Source: Eledone cirrhosa
Lineage: Eukaryota
Length of the DNA stretch: 64,000 bases
NCBI GenBank assembly: GCA_964016885.1
Contig: OZ024746.1
Span: forward strand, 43,462,001 to 43,526,000
Direction: 5' to 3'
Shown here: positions 48,464 to 64,000 of the stretch, piece after piece
How positions within the stretch are numbered: the stretch's first letter is position 1
Layout: every line of letters begins with the position of its first letter
Notes under the pieces: model-generated
What the model saw: the letters and a program-made list of their open reading frames with translations, nothing else
Told to the model about the DNA's origin: nothing
Databases searched by the model: none
Position numbers and translations under genes: made by a program

Positions 48464-48648
48464 TGTGGATTGGCAGTATCGGTAGAGGGTCGGACGCCAT
48501 GCTTTCCAGCATAGTTACGTCCCTTTACGATCTGAGTTCAAATCCCGCCGAGGTTGACTTTGCCTTTCATCCTTACGGGGTCGATAAAATAAAGTACCAG
48601 TAATGAACTGGGTAATTGCTGGCCTTGTGCCTAAAGTAGACACAAATA
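48464..48648 (+). mobile_element. tRNA-derived SINE inside the PLE 3' region
   Basis: Near-identical to 28943-29125. Confidence 0.8.
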
Positions 48649-49164
48649 TATTACTAAAGGATTATAACTTGTAAATATAACTATAACAATATAAATTTAA
48701 AATACCAAAGGAATATATTTTGGAAATACAACTATATCAGTATAGTCAGAAGAAATTTAGAAATATCAAAGCATTAAATATCTTTAAAACACTATAGAGT
48801 ATCTTAAGTTAAAATAATATGTTTTATATATTTAGTATAGAAATTTATCCTACGTATATCTCAATGAAGATATTGAAAGGGTAGACTTATGAAAGTTATG
48901 AGAAGCTATCAGGATCAAAACAAATAAATAAAAATAATTTAAAAGATTTAAAAAACCCAATGATTCTACAGATAACCTTATATTTAATATAGAAATTTAT
49001 CTTACGTATATTTTATTTAATACATTGGAAGTATAGACATATTGGAGTAGTTTATTATATCCATGTTTATATTTAGGAAGAAAGTTTAAAAAGAAAAAGG
49101 TGAAGGAATCTAATGATTTATCGACAGGTTTCAAATATTAACTAAATTACTTAATTAATTATAC

Positions 49165-51381
49165 TACATTTTAAATTTATATTTATATTTAAACGTTGAG
49201 TTCAATCTATGTCTGCAGCAACTGAATAAATTGTTCCTTAAATTAAGGGAATTTTTGGACTTTAATATAAAGAATATTTCTTCAATACAAAGATCATAAT
49301 TTTCTGAAGAGGAATTAAAAGGAGTAGCTTATGAAATAATATTCCAATTCATCGAATATTTAATATTATCTCGTTTTAGGTCCCATAGTAGGCTAGATAG
49401 CGAAGTTGAAGATTTTTTGTTTGGATCTGTGAAAGAATTCTGTGAAAGAATTTAAATTCTGTAGAGGTGGAACCAACATAGTTAAATGAATTTAAATTAG
49501 TTTTAACATTACAATTGTACACTACATTTTTAGCTAAGCAGTTGTTATTTAACGGACAGTTAGATTTATTTCTACAGTTACAGTTATTTAATTGAATATT
49601 GTTTGGGTTATTATTGGTATTTTGGTTAGGTTTTAAATTCCTATTATTAATTCTATTAATATTTTGTGCTAAATTTTTGGTGGACGAGTAAGTTAATTTT
49701 ATAGTGTGTCAATTAAAAATTGAGTAATATTTATGTGTTCTAGGGAAGCGTTTGTCAAGAGCTTTAAAGAATAGTTTAGCAATAGGGGTTTTAATATTTA
49801 GTGAGAAAGGGGGAGCAAACCATAATATATTTCTAGTTCTATTTCTTTTCCGGCTTTTGGAATTATTGTAATACTTTCTATTATAGTTGTTAAAGTTGTT
49901 ACCGTAATTGAAATTGTTATTATTTTGGTTAGTTTGCTTATTATTATTATTATCGATGTATTTAATTTTATTTCTATATCCAGCTCTACCTAACGCTTCA
50001 TTGTAATACTGCGCTTTTTCATCAAATATATTTTTATTAGATGAAATTCTTGAAATTCGTTCTTGAACAGAGTTCACTATAGTATTTTTAACAGATCTGG
50101 GGTGATTAGAGTTAAGGTTGACATAATTCAAGTTCTCATTTAGTTTGTGAAATGGATAATGAAGACATGTGTTGAGATTTAGTGTTACATCAAGAAAATT
50201 GACTATTCTATGGTTATTCTCTATTTCTATTTTTAGATTAAGGTAATTAAAAAATTGTATAATTTGTTTTCTTTTTCTATTTAGTTCACAGTTGTTATTT
50301 TCTATAAGTAAAAGCATGTCATCACGATATAATCCTCCGGTTACACCTGATATTTTTCTATGTAGCGAATTAATTATAAATAGGCCCACAAGGTCCGTTA
50401 CCTGAGCTGAGTCTGATGATCCCAGAGTTATATCGAAATTATTATTTCTATCTGCCCTAGTCCAGAGTTGGTTATTAAATTCTATCAATGTTTTCCTTGC
50501 CGATAATATAATGTGCATTTCATTGCTAGTTAGGTCAGTATGTTTAAATACGTAATTTAGTGCCTTATTCAGTAGATTAGGAGTGATAGATGAATAGTAG
50601 TTAGCAATGTCCAGCTGAATAAACTTATTATTATAGTTATATTTAATTTCTTTAAACCAATCAATAACCTCACTAGTCCCTTTCCATAATTTTAAGTAAG
50701 ATAAATTAGGTAAGTTTATAATTTGTTGTATTACCCTGTCTAGAATATTTTTGCTAAGTTTTCCCAGGTCAGATTTAGATGGTGCAATTAATCTGACTGG
50801 TAAATCATTTTCAAAGTTTCTTTTGTGATCCTTCATATTGATCTTGGGTTTCCTAGGCATGAAGGGTTGTGTTTTATTCTCAATGTCTAATTCATGCATT
50901 ATACAAGATGCATCTGTATTCAGTTTTTCAAGTTCGTCCTTACTTGCTACCTTGTACTTTTTCCTTAGTTCTTTCAATATAAGGTCGTTATACATGTCCT
51001 TTTGTACTCCATAAAGTTTTATTAGTTTTGTCCGACTTCACTAAAATTTTCTGTTTTCTGCAAGTTTTCAATATTATCCTTAATACATCTTAAGTAGTCC
51101 TGGCCTTTGAAGTTTCTCTTGAATTTGATGCCTTGGATGATAGATATTATATCGTTTTCAAAATCCATTAGTAGTTTGTTGGGGGGTGGATTTTTTTTAG
51201 ATTTGAAAATTTTATCCAGATTTGAAACATTTTCATTTAGATTAGATTTATCAAAGTGGAAAGCACGCCACCTGATTCTTCTTATAAAAGAGTCTGATTT
51301 TTCTATTAATTGTTTAATAAAATCTTTGTTCCTAGGTATAGGTATGTCTTTTAGAGAAGAAGAGATCTTAAAGAATTCCAT
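49165..51381 (-). pseudogene. PLE RT + GIY-YIG ORF with several stops/frameshifts (probably Hydra-type lineage)
   Basis: SLKDIPIP..RRIRWRAF, MKDHK, VRLIAPSKS, DIANYYSSIT, FDITLGSSDSAQ, LYRDD, NFLDVTL, SNHP, WFAPPFS, CNCRNKSNCPLNNNCL..VVY..YVG. Confidence 0.85.
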
Positions 51382-51561
51382 TTTTTCAGTTATAATGTAA
51401 AGCGCTCAACAATACAGGAGCAGAATATATGCAAAAGTTCTATTTAAAATTGTTGGGATACAACAAGTAAATATTTTTATAACTGATATAAAGCACTCGA
51501 CAAGTTTTTGGAGTAGATATACGATATTAATAAATGGAAACTATATTTATAAAACCATATT

Positions 51562-51626
51562 TATTTCATTATACATATTTCAGGGATACCACATTAAATT
51601 ATGGTATGCCTTCATCAGACAAAATA
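51562..51626 (-). ncRNA. Minimal hammerhead ribozyme (family A), 5' pLTR
   Basis: Same motif, 4204 bp from the 3' copy. Confidence 0.8.
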
Positions 51627-52398
51627 CAATATATAACAGTTTTACAAATAGCTTTGACGTACCCTTTTAAAATGCAACCATTACTTTTGGAAGCTGTCTG
51701 GATAGTGATTTGTTTATATTATTTTAATAAGTCATAGTGTTAAGCACATTTAGAAAAAGACGGAGAGAAAGAAAAAAAGAAAAAAAAAAGAAAAAAGACG
51801 GAGAGAGAGAAAGAAAACCTGGAGAAATATCGGAGAGAGAGAGAAATGTATGGAGAAAAGAAAGAGATAAATAAAGATAGTAGGAAATAAAAAGAAAGAA
51901 AAAAGGAAGAAATAATAAAAACAAAGGAAAGCAACAGAGAGATAACAAGTCATCATACAGATAGAAAAACTCAAGAGAGAGAAATACTATACAGAGAGAG
52001 GGGGAGACAATGAAAACTTTACGTCATGTCATATTAAGTTGAGTTAACAATTTATATGAAATGAATAATAAAAATATAAATATCAATATTCATGAATGGG
52101 ACATAGATATATAATATGAGAAATTAAACATTGTTCAATAATGACTATATGTTTAGTTTAAAAACTTGAGATCAACATACCGAAATCTGAGTTAAATCGT
52201 TCAAAATGTACCCTTGCTATAGAGATCAGTATCTTATTCAAAGACATTTTTTTCTTTCTCTCCGTCTTTTTCTAAATGTGCTTAACACTATGACTTATTA
52301 AAATAATATAAACAAATCACTATCCAGACAGCCTCCAAAAGTAATGGTTGCATTTTAAAAGGGTACGTCAAAGTTATTTGTAAAACTGTTATATATTG

Positions 52399-52463
52399 TA
52401 TTTTGTCTGATGAAGGCATACCATAATTTAATGTGGTATCCCTGAAATATGCATAATGAAATA
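52399..52463 (+). ncRNA. Minimal hammerhead ribozyme (family A), inverted tail
   Basis: Same motif with palindromic TATGCATA after GAAA. Confidence 0.8.
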
Positions 52464-52675
52464 AATATGGTTTTATAAATATAGTTTCCATTTATTAATA
52501 TCGTATATATATATATATATATATATGCATATATATATATATGCATATATATATATATGCATATATATATATATATATATATGCATATATATATATATAT
52601 GCATATATATATATATATATATGCATATATATGCATATATATATATATATATATGCATATATATATATATATATA

Positions 52676-52711
<36 letters not shown>

Positions 52712-52879
52712 TATATATATATATATATATATGCATATATATATATATATATGCATATATGCATATATATATATATGCATATATATATGCATATATATAT
52801 ATATATATATATATGCATATATACATATATATATATATATGCATATATATATATATATGCATATATATATATATATATA

Positions 52880-52915
<36 letters not shown>

Positions 52916-53143
52916 TATATATATATATATATATATGCATATATATATATATATATATATGCATATATATATATATATATGCATATATATATATATATAT
53001 ATGCATATATATATATATATGCATATATATATATATATATGCATATATATATATATATGCATATGCATATATATATATATATATGTGCATATATATATAT
53101 ATGTGCATATATATATATATGCATATATATATATATATATATA

Positions 53144-53233
<90 letters not shown>

Positions 53234-53363
53234 TATATATATATATATATATGTGCATATATATATATATGTGCATATATATATATATATGCATATATAT
53301 ATATATATATGCATATATATATATATGCACATATATATATGCATATATATATATGTATATATA

Positions 53364-53431
<68 letters not shown>

Positions 53432-53445
53432 TATATATATATATA

Positions 53446-53541
<96 letters not shown>

Positions 53542-53579
53542 TATATATATATATATATATGCATATATATATATATATA

Positions 53580-53641
<62 letters not shown>

Positions 53642-53685
53642 TATATATATATATATATATGCATATATATATATATATATATATA

Positions 53686-53721
<36 letters not shown>

Positions 53722-53739
53722 TATATATATATATATATA

Positions 53740-53775
<36 letters not shown>

Positions 53776-53793
53776 TATATATATATATATATA

Positions 53794-53829
<36 letters not shown>

Positions 53830-53843
53830 TATATATATATATA

Positions 53844-53879
<36 letters not shown>

Positions 53880-53893
53880 TATATATATATATA

Positions 53894-53953
<60 letters not shown>

Positions 53954-53971
53954 TATATATATATATATATA

Positions 53972-55541
<1,570 letters not shown>

Positions 55542-55740
55542 TTATATATATATGCATATATATATATATATATATGCATATATATATATATATATATATG
55601 CATATATATATATATATATATAGATGCATATATATATATATATATATATATAGATGCATATATATATATATAGATGCATATATATATATATATATATATA
55701 TAGATGCATATATATATATATAGATGCATATATATATATA

Positions 55741-55794
<54 letters not shown>

Positions 55795-55820
55795 TATATA
55801 TATATGCATATATATATATA

Positions 55821-55870
<50 letters not shown>

Positions 55871-55909
55871 TATATATATATGCATATATATATATATATA
55901 TATATATGC

Positions 55910-56002
<93 letters not shown>

Positions 56003-56022
56003 TATATATATATATATATATA

Positions 56023-56074
<52 letters not shown>

Positions 56075-56102
56075 TATATATATATATATATATATATGCA
56101 TA

Positions 56103-56145
<43 letters not shown>

Positions 56146-56150
56146 GCATA

Positions 56151-56193
<43 letters not shown>

Positions 56194-56314
56194 GCATATA
56201 TATATATATATATATATATGCATATATATATATATATATATATATGCATATATATATATATATGCATATATATATATATATATATATATGCATATATATA
56301 TATATATATATATA

Positions 56315-56454
<140 letters not shown>

Positions 56455-56902
56455 CTTCATGAAAAAGACTAATAAATTGTATTCATCCTATTCACTACAT
56501 ACCATTTTCTGGTATAGTTAATATAGGTCTAAATATATCGGGTGGGGAATAATTTCATATTTAATTAAGAAAGAAAAACAGATTGACTAGCGAATAAAGG
56601 AGAAAATGGCGGACGAATTCGCTCCATTTTTCCCAGTTACACTCGCCAAATATTGAAAATGAATTTTATTGCTCGAAAACTAAATCTACAGCTGAGAATA
56701 GCCAATTAATTTTACAATTACGACGGTTTACTAAATTTATGGTTCGAGGTAATTTATTTCATGAAAATAGAGAATTGCAAGCCTCACGGAAATGATCTAC
56801 CTCTTGTGTACGTATCTTGCACGACCAATCCCTTGTCGTTTAATAGATTTACTCTTGGCAATAAAATTATGCTCACTATCACAAAGCCACAATGGAATTT
56901 TA

Positions 56903-56946
<44 letters not shown>

Positions 56947-57068
56947 GGATAGATGAATAGATAGATAGGTAGATATATAGATAGGTAGATAGATAGATAG
57001 ATAGATAGAACAATAGATAGATAGACAGGTATATATAAATATATATATAGATAGATAGATAGATAGAT

Positions 57069-57131
<63 letters not shown>

Positions 57132-57270
57132 TGTTACTTTGGGTGCAATTAATGCAGGCGTAAACCGTGTTCAGCACTCAATGCGATATTGTGATTCCAA
57201 AGTGAAAGAGTGTCTATACAAGACCTGATACCAGGTGGAATTGCTGCTGAGGGAGAAAGATATATATATA

Positions 57271-57597
57271 TAGTACGCCCTCGGTATTCGCGGGGGTTAC
57301 GTGCCTTGAGCAATCGTGAATATAGGACGAGGTCCATACAAATGCCCATAAACGTCAAAATATAACGTAAAACATAATAAAGAAAAGAGGGAGCGTCATA
57401 TGCGAAGGGGCGTCCAATAGGCCGGCAAATACGGTATATTGTTATTAATAATTTAGCATTACAAAAATATATAATGCCTGCGAAAAAAAGCCACTAAAAC
57501 ATCGTGGAAGATATTCACGATTCCGCAAATATGCAGTGGTTTCTACGAACAACTATTAGTTAGGTTATAACCGGGACCGCGAATGCCGGGGATTATA
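57271..57597. mobile_element. Pogo/Tigger-like MITE
   Basis: Imperfect TIRs AGTACGCCCTCGGTATTCGCGG / CCGCGAATGCCGGGGATTA, TA flanks, no ORF. Confidence 0.5.
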
Positions 57598-57797
57598 TAA
57601 AGAGAGAGAGAGATCAGTTTAACATGTTTATTTCGTTACACGTCAATGTTTGTACTCGTCCGAGGAGCATGTAGCCCAAGGAGCCGAACCCTATTGTTAC
57701 ATCAGCAATATGTAATTATAAATGGTTTTATATCGAGCCACCAATGAAACACGTGTAAAGAAATAAACATATATTAGACTGATATCTCTCGCTTGAC

Positions 57798-58620
57798 TCC
57801 ACCACCACCACCACCACCATCATATTACACCACCACTCTACACCACAACCACCACATCCATCAACATCCTCAACAGCACACTACACCACCACTACCAACA
57901 CCATCATCACCACACTACACCACCACACCATCAACACCACACTACACCACCATCAACACCACACTACACCACTCCCAACACCCCCCAACACCACCAACAA
58001 CACACTACACCGCCACCACCAACACCATCATCACATAACACCACCGCCAACTCCATCATCACACTACACCACCACCACCATCACATAACACCACCATCAA
58101 TACCATCATCACGCCAGACAACACCACCACCAACACCACACTTCACCACCACCAACACCATCACCATCATCACACTACACCACCACCACCAACAACAACA
58201 CCATCATCACACTACTCCACCACCACCACCAACACCATCACCATCATCACACTACACCACCACCAACACTATCAGCACCACCACCAACAACACCATCATC
58301 ACACTACTCCACCACCAACACCATCACCACCACCACCAACACCTTCACCATCATCACACTACACCACCACCAACACCATCAGCACCACCACCAACAACAC
58401 CATCATCACACTACTCCACCACCATCACCACCACCACCAACACTATCACCATCATCACACTACACCACCATCAACACTATCACATCACACACCATCAACA
58501 CCACCACCATCAACACACCACACCAACACCATCAACACCATCATCACACTAAACCACCACCAACACCATCACATAACACCACCAACACAACCATCATCAC
58601 ACCACCACCACCACCACCAT
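57798..58620. repeat. Degenerate (CAC/CAT/CAA)n low-complexity repeat
   Basis: Direct inspection. Confidence 0.9.
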
Positions 58621-58830
58621 CAGCTCACTTCACTGACATAACTACAAACAACGTTTCTTCATCTCTTCCCTCTCTCCCTGCTATGTCGTCCTATTACGTC
58701 ACTGACAATGTATTGATAACAATAAACAATCTTAACACAGACGTTGGTGGCTTCTGTGATAAGGATACTTTCATGTTTGTATGTGTGTATGTATGTATTG
58801 TGTACAGTATATATATATATATATATATAT

Positions 58831-58927
<97 letters not shown>

Positions 58928-58949
58928 AGTGTGTGTGTGTGTGTATGTA

Positions 58950-58999
<50 letters not shown>

Positions 59000-59066
59000 T
59001 GTGTGTGTATATATATATATATATATATAAACTGATACACTCAAACAAACACACACACACACATAC

Positions 59067-59100
<34 letters not shown>

Positions 59101-59190
59101 GGAAAAGAGTCAGGGCCCCGACCGCTGAGCTCCGGCTTTCGACAACTATATTGTGTGCGTATGTGCACATCTATATACATATTTAATGTA

Positions 59191-59245
<55 letters not shown>

Positions 59246-59434
59246 ATGTGTGTATGTATGTGTATACAAGTAAATAAATGGACCTCCGTCGGATTCGGCG
59301 ATAAGTCTTCCAGTTATTCAATTAAATGAATTGTTTATTCATTCGATTATAGAATACATAACATATATAGTATTTTCCACAGACACGTGCACCTTTAACG
59401 TAATTTCCCATAAACCAGTGTAACACTATAAGAT

Positions 59435-59640
59435 AAGACAAGGCTGTACCTTTGAATCACAGCTAAATTCCTTCCAATGGGCTTCCACACAGTTTCTACC
59501 TACCAACCAAATTTATATTACAAGGATTGAGTCGACTCGACACTGGTAAAAATCAATAAACTCGACCATAACGTCAGGCAGTGAGATCGAACCAGGGACT
59601 TAATAATTACGAAGTGAACTTCACAATTATTCGACCATTC
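59435..59640 (-). mobile_element. Old tRNA-derived SINE, second family
   Basis: Minus-strand B-box GGTTCGATCTC followed by GGTAG..AAACTGTGTGGAAGCCC, resembling Nin/Deu-type SINE cores. Confidence 0.45.
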
Positions 59641-59852
59641 CATAGCTCACACACACACACATACTGTCTCTCTCTCTCTTTCTCTCCCTCTCTTTCACTT
59701 TATCTCTGAATTTGTCTCTCTTATTCTCTCTCTCTGTCATTGTCTCTTTCCCTCTATCTCTCTCTCCCAAAATTACACACACACAAACATACACACAAAC
59801 ATACATATAAACACACACTCGCTCTCTCTCTTTCTCTCCTTCACTCTCACTT

Positions 59853-59888
<36 letters not shown>

Positions 59889-60194
59889 ATTGTCTCTTTT
59901 CCTCTCTCTCTCCAAAAATTACACACACACACAAACATACATACATATAAACATAAACACGCACACACACTTTCACATAAAGTCACTCCCCTTATTCTCC
60001 ATCAATTACGTACACACAGGACCCCCAACCCCCTCCTCATTCTTTCTCTCCCTCCCCCCTTTCACACACACATACAGGCATTCTCTTTCATACACACTCT
60101 CTCTTTCTCTCTTTCCTAATTTCCGTTTCTCCTGTTATCTCATAGCTTTAACAAGATCGAGTAACTGCAACTGTTACACAAACAAACAAATGCC

Positions 60195-62340
60195 ACATCA
60201 GTGTTACACCACCATCACCACTGTTACATCACCACCAGCACCACTGTTACATCACCACCAGCACCACCAACATCAGTGTTACACCACCATCACCACCAGC
60301 ACCACCACCAACATCAGTGTTACACCACCATCACCACTGTTACATCACCACCCGCACCACTGTTGCATCACCAACATCAGTGTTACACCACCATCACCAC
60401 CAGCACCATTGTTACATCACCACCAGCAGGACCAACATCAGTGTTACACCACCATCACCACTGTTACATCACCACCAGCAGCACCAACATCAGTGTTACA
60501 CCACCATCACCACCATTGTTACATCACCACCAGCAGCACCAACATCAGTGTTACACCACCATCACCACTGTTACATCACCACCAGCATCACCAACATCAG
60601 TGTTACACCATCATCACCACTGTTACATCACCACCAGCATCACCAACATCAGTGTTACACCACCAGCATCACCAACATCAGTGTTACACCACCAGCACCA
60701 CCAACATCAGTGTTACACCACCAGCAGCACCAATATCAGTGTTACACCACCAGCATCACCAACATCAGTGTTACACCACCAGCACCACCAACATCAGTGT
60801 TACACCACCAGCATCACCAACATCAGTGTTACACCACCAGCACCACCAACATCAGTGTTACACCACCAGCAGCACCAATATCAGTGTTACACCACCAGCA
60901 TCACCAACATCAGTGTTACACCACCATCACCACTGTTAAATCACCACCAGCACCACTGTTACATCACCACCAGCATCACCAACATCAGTGGTACACCACC
61001 AGCAGCACCAACATCAGTGTTACACCACCATCACCAGTTACATCACCACCAGCACCACTGTTACATCACCACCAACATCAGTGTTACACCACCATCACCA
61101 GTTACATCACCACCAGCACCACTGTTACATCACCACCAGCACCACTGTTACATCACCACCAGCATCACCAACATCAGTGTTACACCACCAGCAGCACCAA
61201 CATCAGTGTTACACCACCATCACCAGTTACATCACCACCAGCACCACTGTTACATCACCACCAACATCAGTGTTACACCACCATTACCACTGTTACATCA
61301 CCACCATCACCACTGTTACATCACCACCAGCACCACCAACATCAGTGTTGCACCACCAGCACCACTGTTACATCACCACCATCACCACTGTTACATCACC
61401 ACCAGCAGCACCAACATCAGTGTTACACCACCAGCACCACCAACATCAGTGTTACACCACCAGCAGCACCAACATCAGTGTTACACCACCAGCACCACCA
61501 ACATCAGTGTTACACCACCAGCAGCACCAACATCAGTGTTACACCACCATCACCAGTTACATCACCACCAGCACCACTGTTACATCACTACCAACATCAG
61601 TGTTACACCACCATCACCAGTTACATCACCACCAGCACCACTGTTACATCACCACCAGCACCACCAACATCAGTGTTACACCACCAGCAGCACCAACATC
61701 AGTGTTACACCACCATCACCAGTTACATCACCACCAGCACCACTGTTACATCACCACCAGCACCACCAACATCAGTGTTACACCACCAGCAGCACCAACA
61801 TCAGTGTTGCACCACCAGCAGCACCAACATCAGTGTTACACCACCATCACCACTGTTACATCACCACCAGCACCACTGTTACATCACCACCAGCACCACC
61901 AACATCAGTGTTGCACCACCAGCAGCACCAACATCAGTGTTACACCACCATCACCACTGTTACATCACCACCAGCACCACTGTTACATCACCGCCAGCAT
62001 CACCAACATCAGTGTTACACCACCAGCAGCACCAACATCATTAACACCACCATCACCACTGTTACATCACCGCCAGTACCACCAACATCAGTGTTACACC
62101 ACCAACATCAGTGTTACACCACCATGACCACTGTTACATCACCGCCAGCACCACCAACATCAGTGTTACACCACCAGCAGCACCAATATCAGTGTTACAC
62201 CACCATCACCACTGTTACATCACTAGTGTTATACTGCCCGCACCACCAACATTAGTGTTATACTGCCAGCAACACCAACATTAGTGTTACACCACCATCA
62301 CCACTGTTACATCACTAACATCAGTGTTACACCACCAACA
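60195..62340. repeat. Modular minisatellite
   Basis: Shuffled modules ACCAACATCAGTGTTAC, ACCACCAGC/ATC and ACCACTGTTACATC. Confidence 0.9.
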
Positions 62341-63279
62341 ATAGCTGGGGAGAAGAGTGCTGAGACAGTACAACATGGTACTTTCTTTATCGACTCCCAC
62401 TCGAAGGAAGAAAAGCAAAGTCGCATTGGGAACACTATACTATCACACATACATACCGTACATAGATGACATAAATAAGTGTGATGTACAAACAAAATAT
62501 GTGAAGATTGTTATTATATTCTAAATACATCCGGGATAGTTTTGTCCCCCCCCCCCCCCAACATTCTGGATATTTCTCTCCACCAATCATAGTCCTTTGT
62601 ATATTCCGGGAGCAGAAAGACAAAAAGCTTCACTGTACGATATCCTGTGTTGTTCTCTCTTTCTTTTGACCAACTAACAATGACAAATCCTGTGAGAACC
62701 TTCGTCTTCTCGGCTTCAGGAAAACTACCCAGCCGGATTTTATTCTGTGTTATGTCCGCGTGTGTTGTGTGTTGTGTAAGTGTGTATGTGATTGTGTGTG
62801 TGTGTGTGAAAAAATGCTTCCGGAGGAATAGCTAATGCTACCGTTTAAATTGCAAAATACGGCGACAGCTTATATTTATAATATATATTGTGCTTTCGTC
62901 TTTACAATTGAATGAAACCCCGAGTAGCGAATATATGTTACATCAAATACCAGGAGCGCAAGCATGCGCATTGCCAAACATCAAAATGTTACCACACCCA
63001 CCATCAACACATTGGCTACACACATCTAAATGTTGGTGCTGTACACATCAACACTTTGATTACACACATCTAAATGCTGGTGCTGTAGACATTCAAAATA
63101 TTGTTGTACACATCAACGTGTTACCACACACATCAAAATGTCGCCACCCCAGAATCTTTGAATTTAACCCTTTCGTTACCACATTTTTAATGAGATATAC
63201 TTCCTATGGCTTTCAAACCGTTTGGGAAATAATCAAGAATTTGGAGGGATTTAGTAATGACTTTCTCATGACGTTAGAT

Positions 63280-63320
63280 CAGTGGTTCCCAACCTTTTTG
63301 GTACCATGCCCGACCTCAAC
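63280..63320 (+). mobile_element. Possible hAT (Charlie-like) left terminal inverted repeat
   Basis: CAGTGGTTCCCAACCTTTTT preceded by ..TTAGAT; partner end not in window. Confidence 0.45.
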
Positions 63321-63400
63321 ACCTAAAAAAATTGTTATGTCCCTCTTTGACATGAAACAGCAGTAATCAACTGTAAAGTGGAAACAAATTGGTGTAAAGT

Positions 63401-64000
63401 GGTGCCAAATGCACAATAACATTAGGAAGAGGTGGTGAGACAGGAGTTTCTGACAGTAAGGTGTACCATATAGGTGGTGCCAAATGCACAATAACATCTG
63501 GAAGAGGAGGTGAGACAGGAGTTTCTGACAGTAATGTGTACCATATAGATGGTGCCAGATACACAATAACATTAGGAAGAGGTGGTGAGACAGGAGTTTC
63601 TGACAGTAATGTGTACTATATAGGTGGTGCCAGATGCACAATAACATCTGGAAGAGGAGGTGAGACAGGAGTTTCTGACAGTAATGTGTACCATATAGAT
63701 GGTGCCAGATACACAATAACATTAGGAAGAGGTGGTGAGACAGGAGTTTCTGACAGTAATGTGTACTATATAGGTGGTGCCAAATGCACAATAACATCTG
63801 GAAGAGGAGGTGAGACAGGAGTTTCTGACAGTAATGTGTACCATATAGATGGTGCCAGATACACAATAACATCAGGAAGAGGTGGTGAGACAGGAGTTTC
63901 TGACAGTAATGTGTACCATATAGGTGGTGCCAGATACACAATAACATCAGGAAGAGGTGGTGAGACAGGAGTTTCTGATAGTAATGTGTACTATATAGGT
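63401..64000. repeat. 75-bp tandem repeat, 8 copies to the window edge
   Basis: GGTGCCA units at 63401, 63476, 63551, 63626, 63701, 63776, 63851, 63926. Confidence 0.95.

Larger units (their letters stand above)
47226..52503 (-). mobile_element. Near full-length Penelope-like element (family A) with direct ~0.8-kb pLTRs and inverted 5' tail
   Basis: 47226-48030 repeats at 51430-52245; 52246-52503 is inverted; the ORF lies between; (TA)n flanks. Confidence 0.9.

Noticed and set aside
56600-56632. AAAATGGCGG YY1/start-like motif in a small hairpin
   Set aside because: Single short motif with no supporting ORF or exon
59740-62255. His/Thr/Pro-rich mucin-like ORFs
   Set aside because: The same peptide motifs cycle through all three frames because module lengths are not multiples of 3
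63164-63185. TTAACCCTTTCG piggyBac-like end
   Set aside because: No partner end identified
63279-63947. 25-aa repeat protein or CRISPR-like array
   Set aside because: Whole 75-bp units repeat with no unique spacers and no cas genes; the open frame is a by-product of the period

Overview
Eukaryotic, very AT-rich animal DNA with no confidently identifiable host gene. The SINE, RTE and microsatellite repertoire suggests a cephalopod or other mollusc (inference). From about 1.09 to 56.35 kb the window is one nest of non-LTR retroelements embedded in interrupted (TA)n microsatellite: Penelope-like elements (PLEs; RT + GIY-YIG) of at least three lineages, RTE LINEs with a PHD-like Cys/His insert, CR1-group LINEs, a bipartite RTE-derived non-autonomous element and tRNA-like SINEs. 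Reading the non-coding parts by eye shows about 20 minimal type-I hammerhead ribozyme (HHR) motifs from 7-8 unrelated sequence families. These include a 466-bp non-coding tandem unit with one HHR per monomer (retrozyme-like), a monomer of which is fused to a truncated PLE, and a near full-length PLE whose two HHRs delimit a 4,204-nt unit. The last ~7.5 kb holds simple repeats, a Tigger-like MITE, a CAC-rich minisatellite and a 75-bp tandem array. Nearly all IYIY/HTHT ORFs in the track are microsatellite artefacts. Coordinates were read manually and element ends are approximate.
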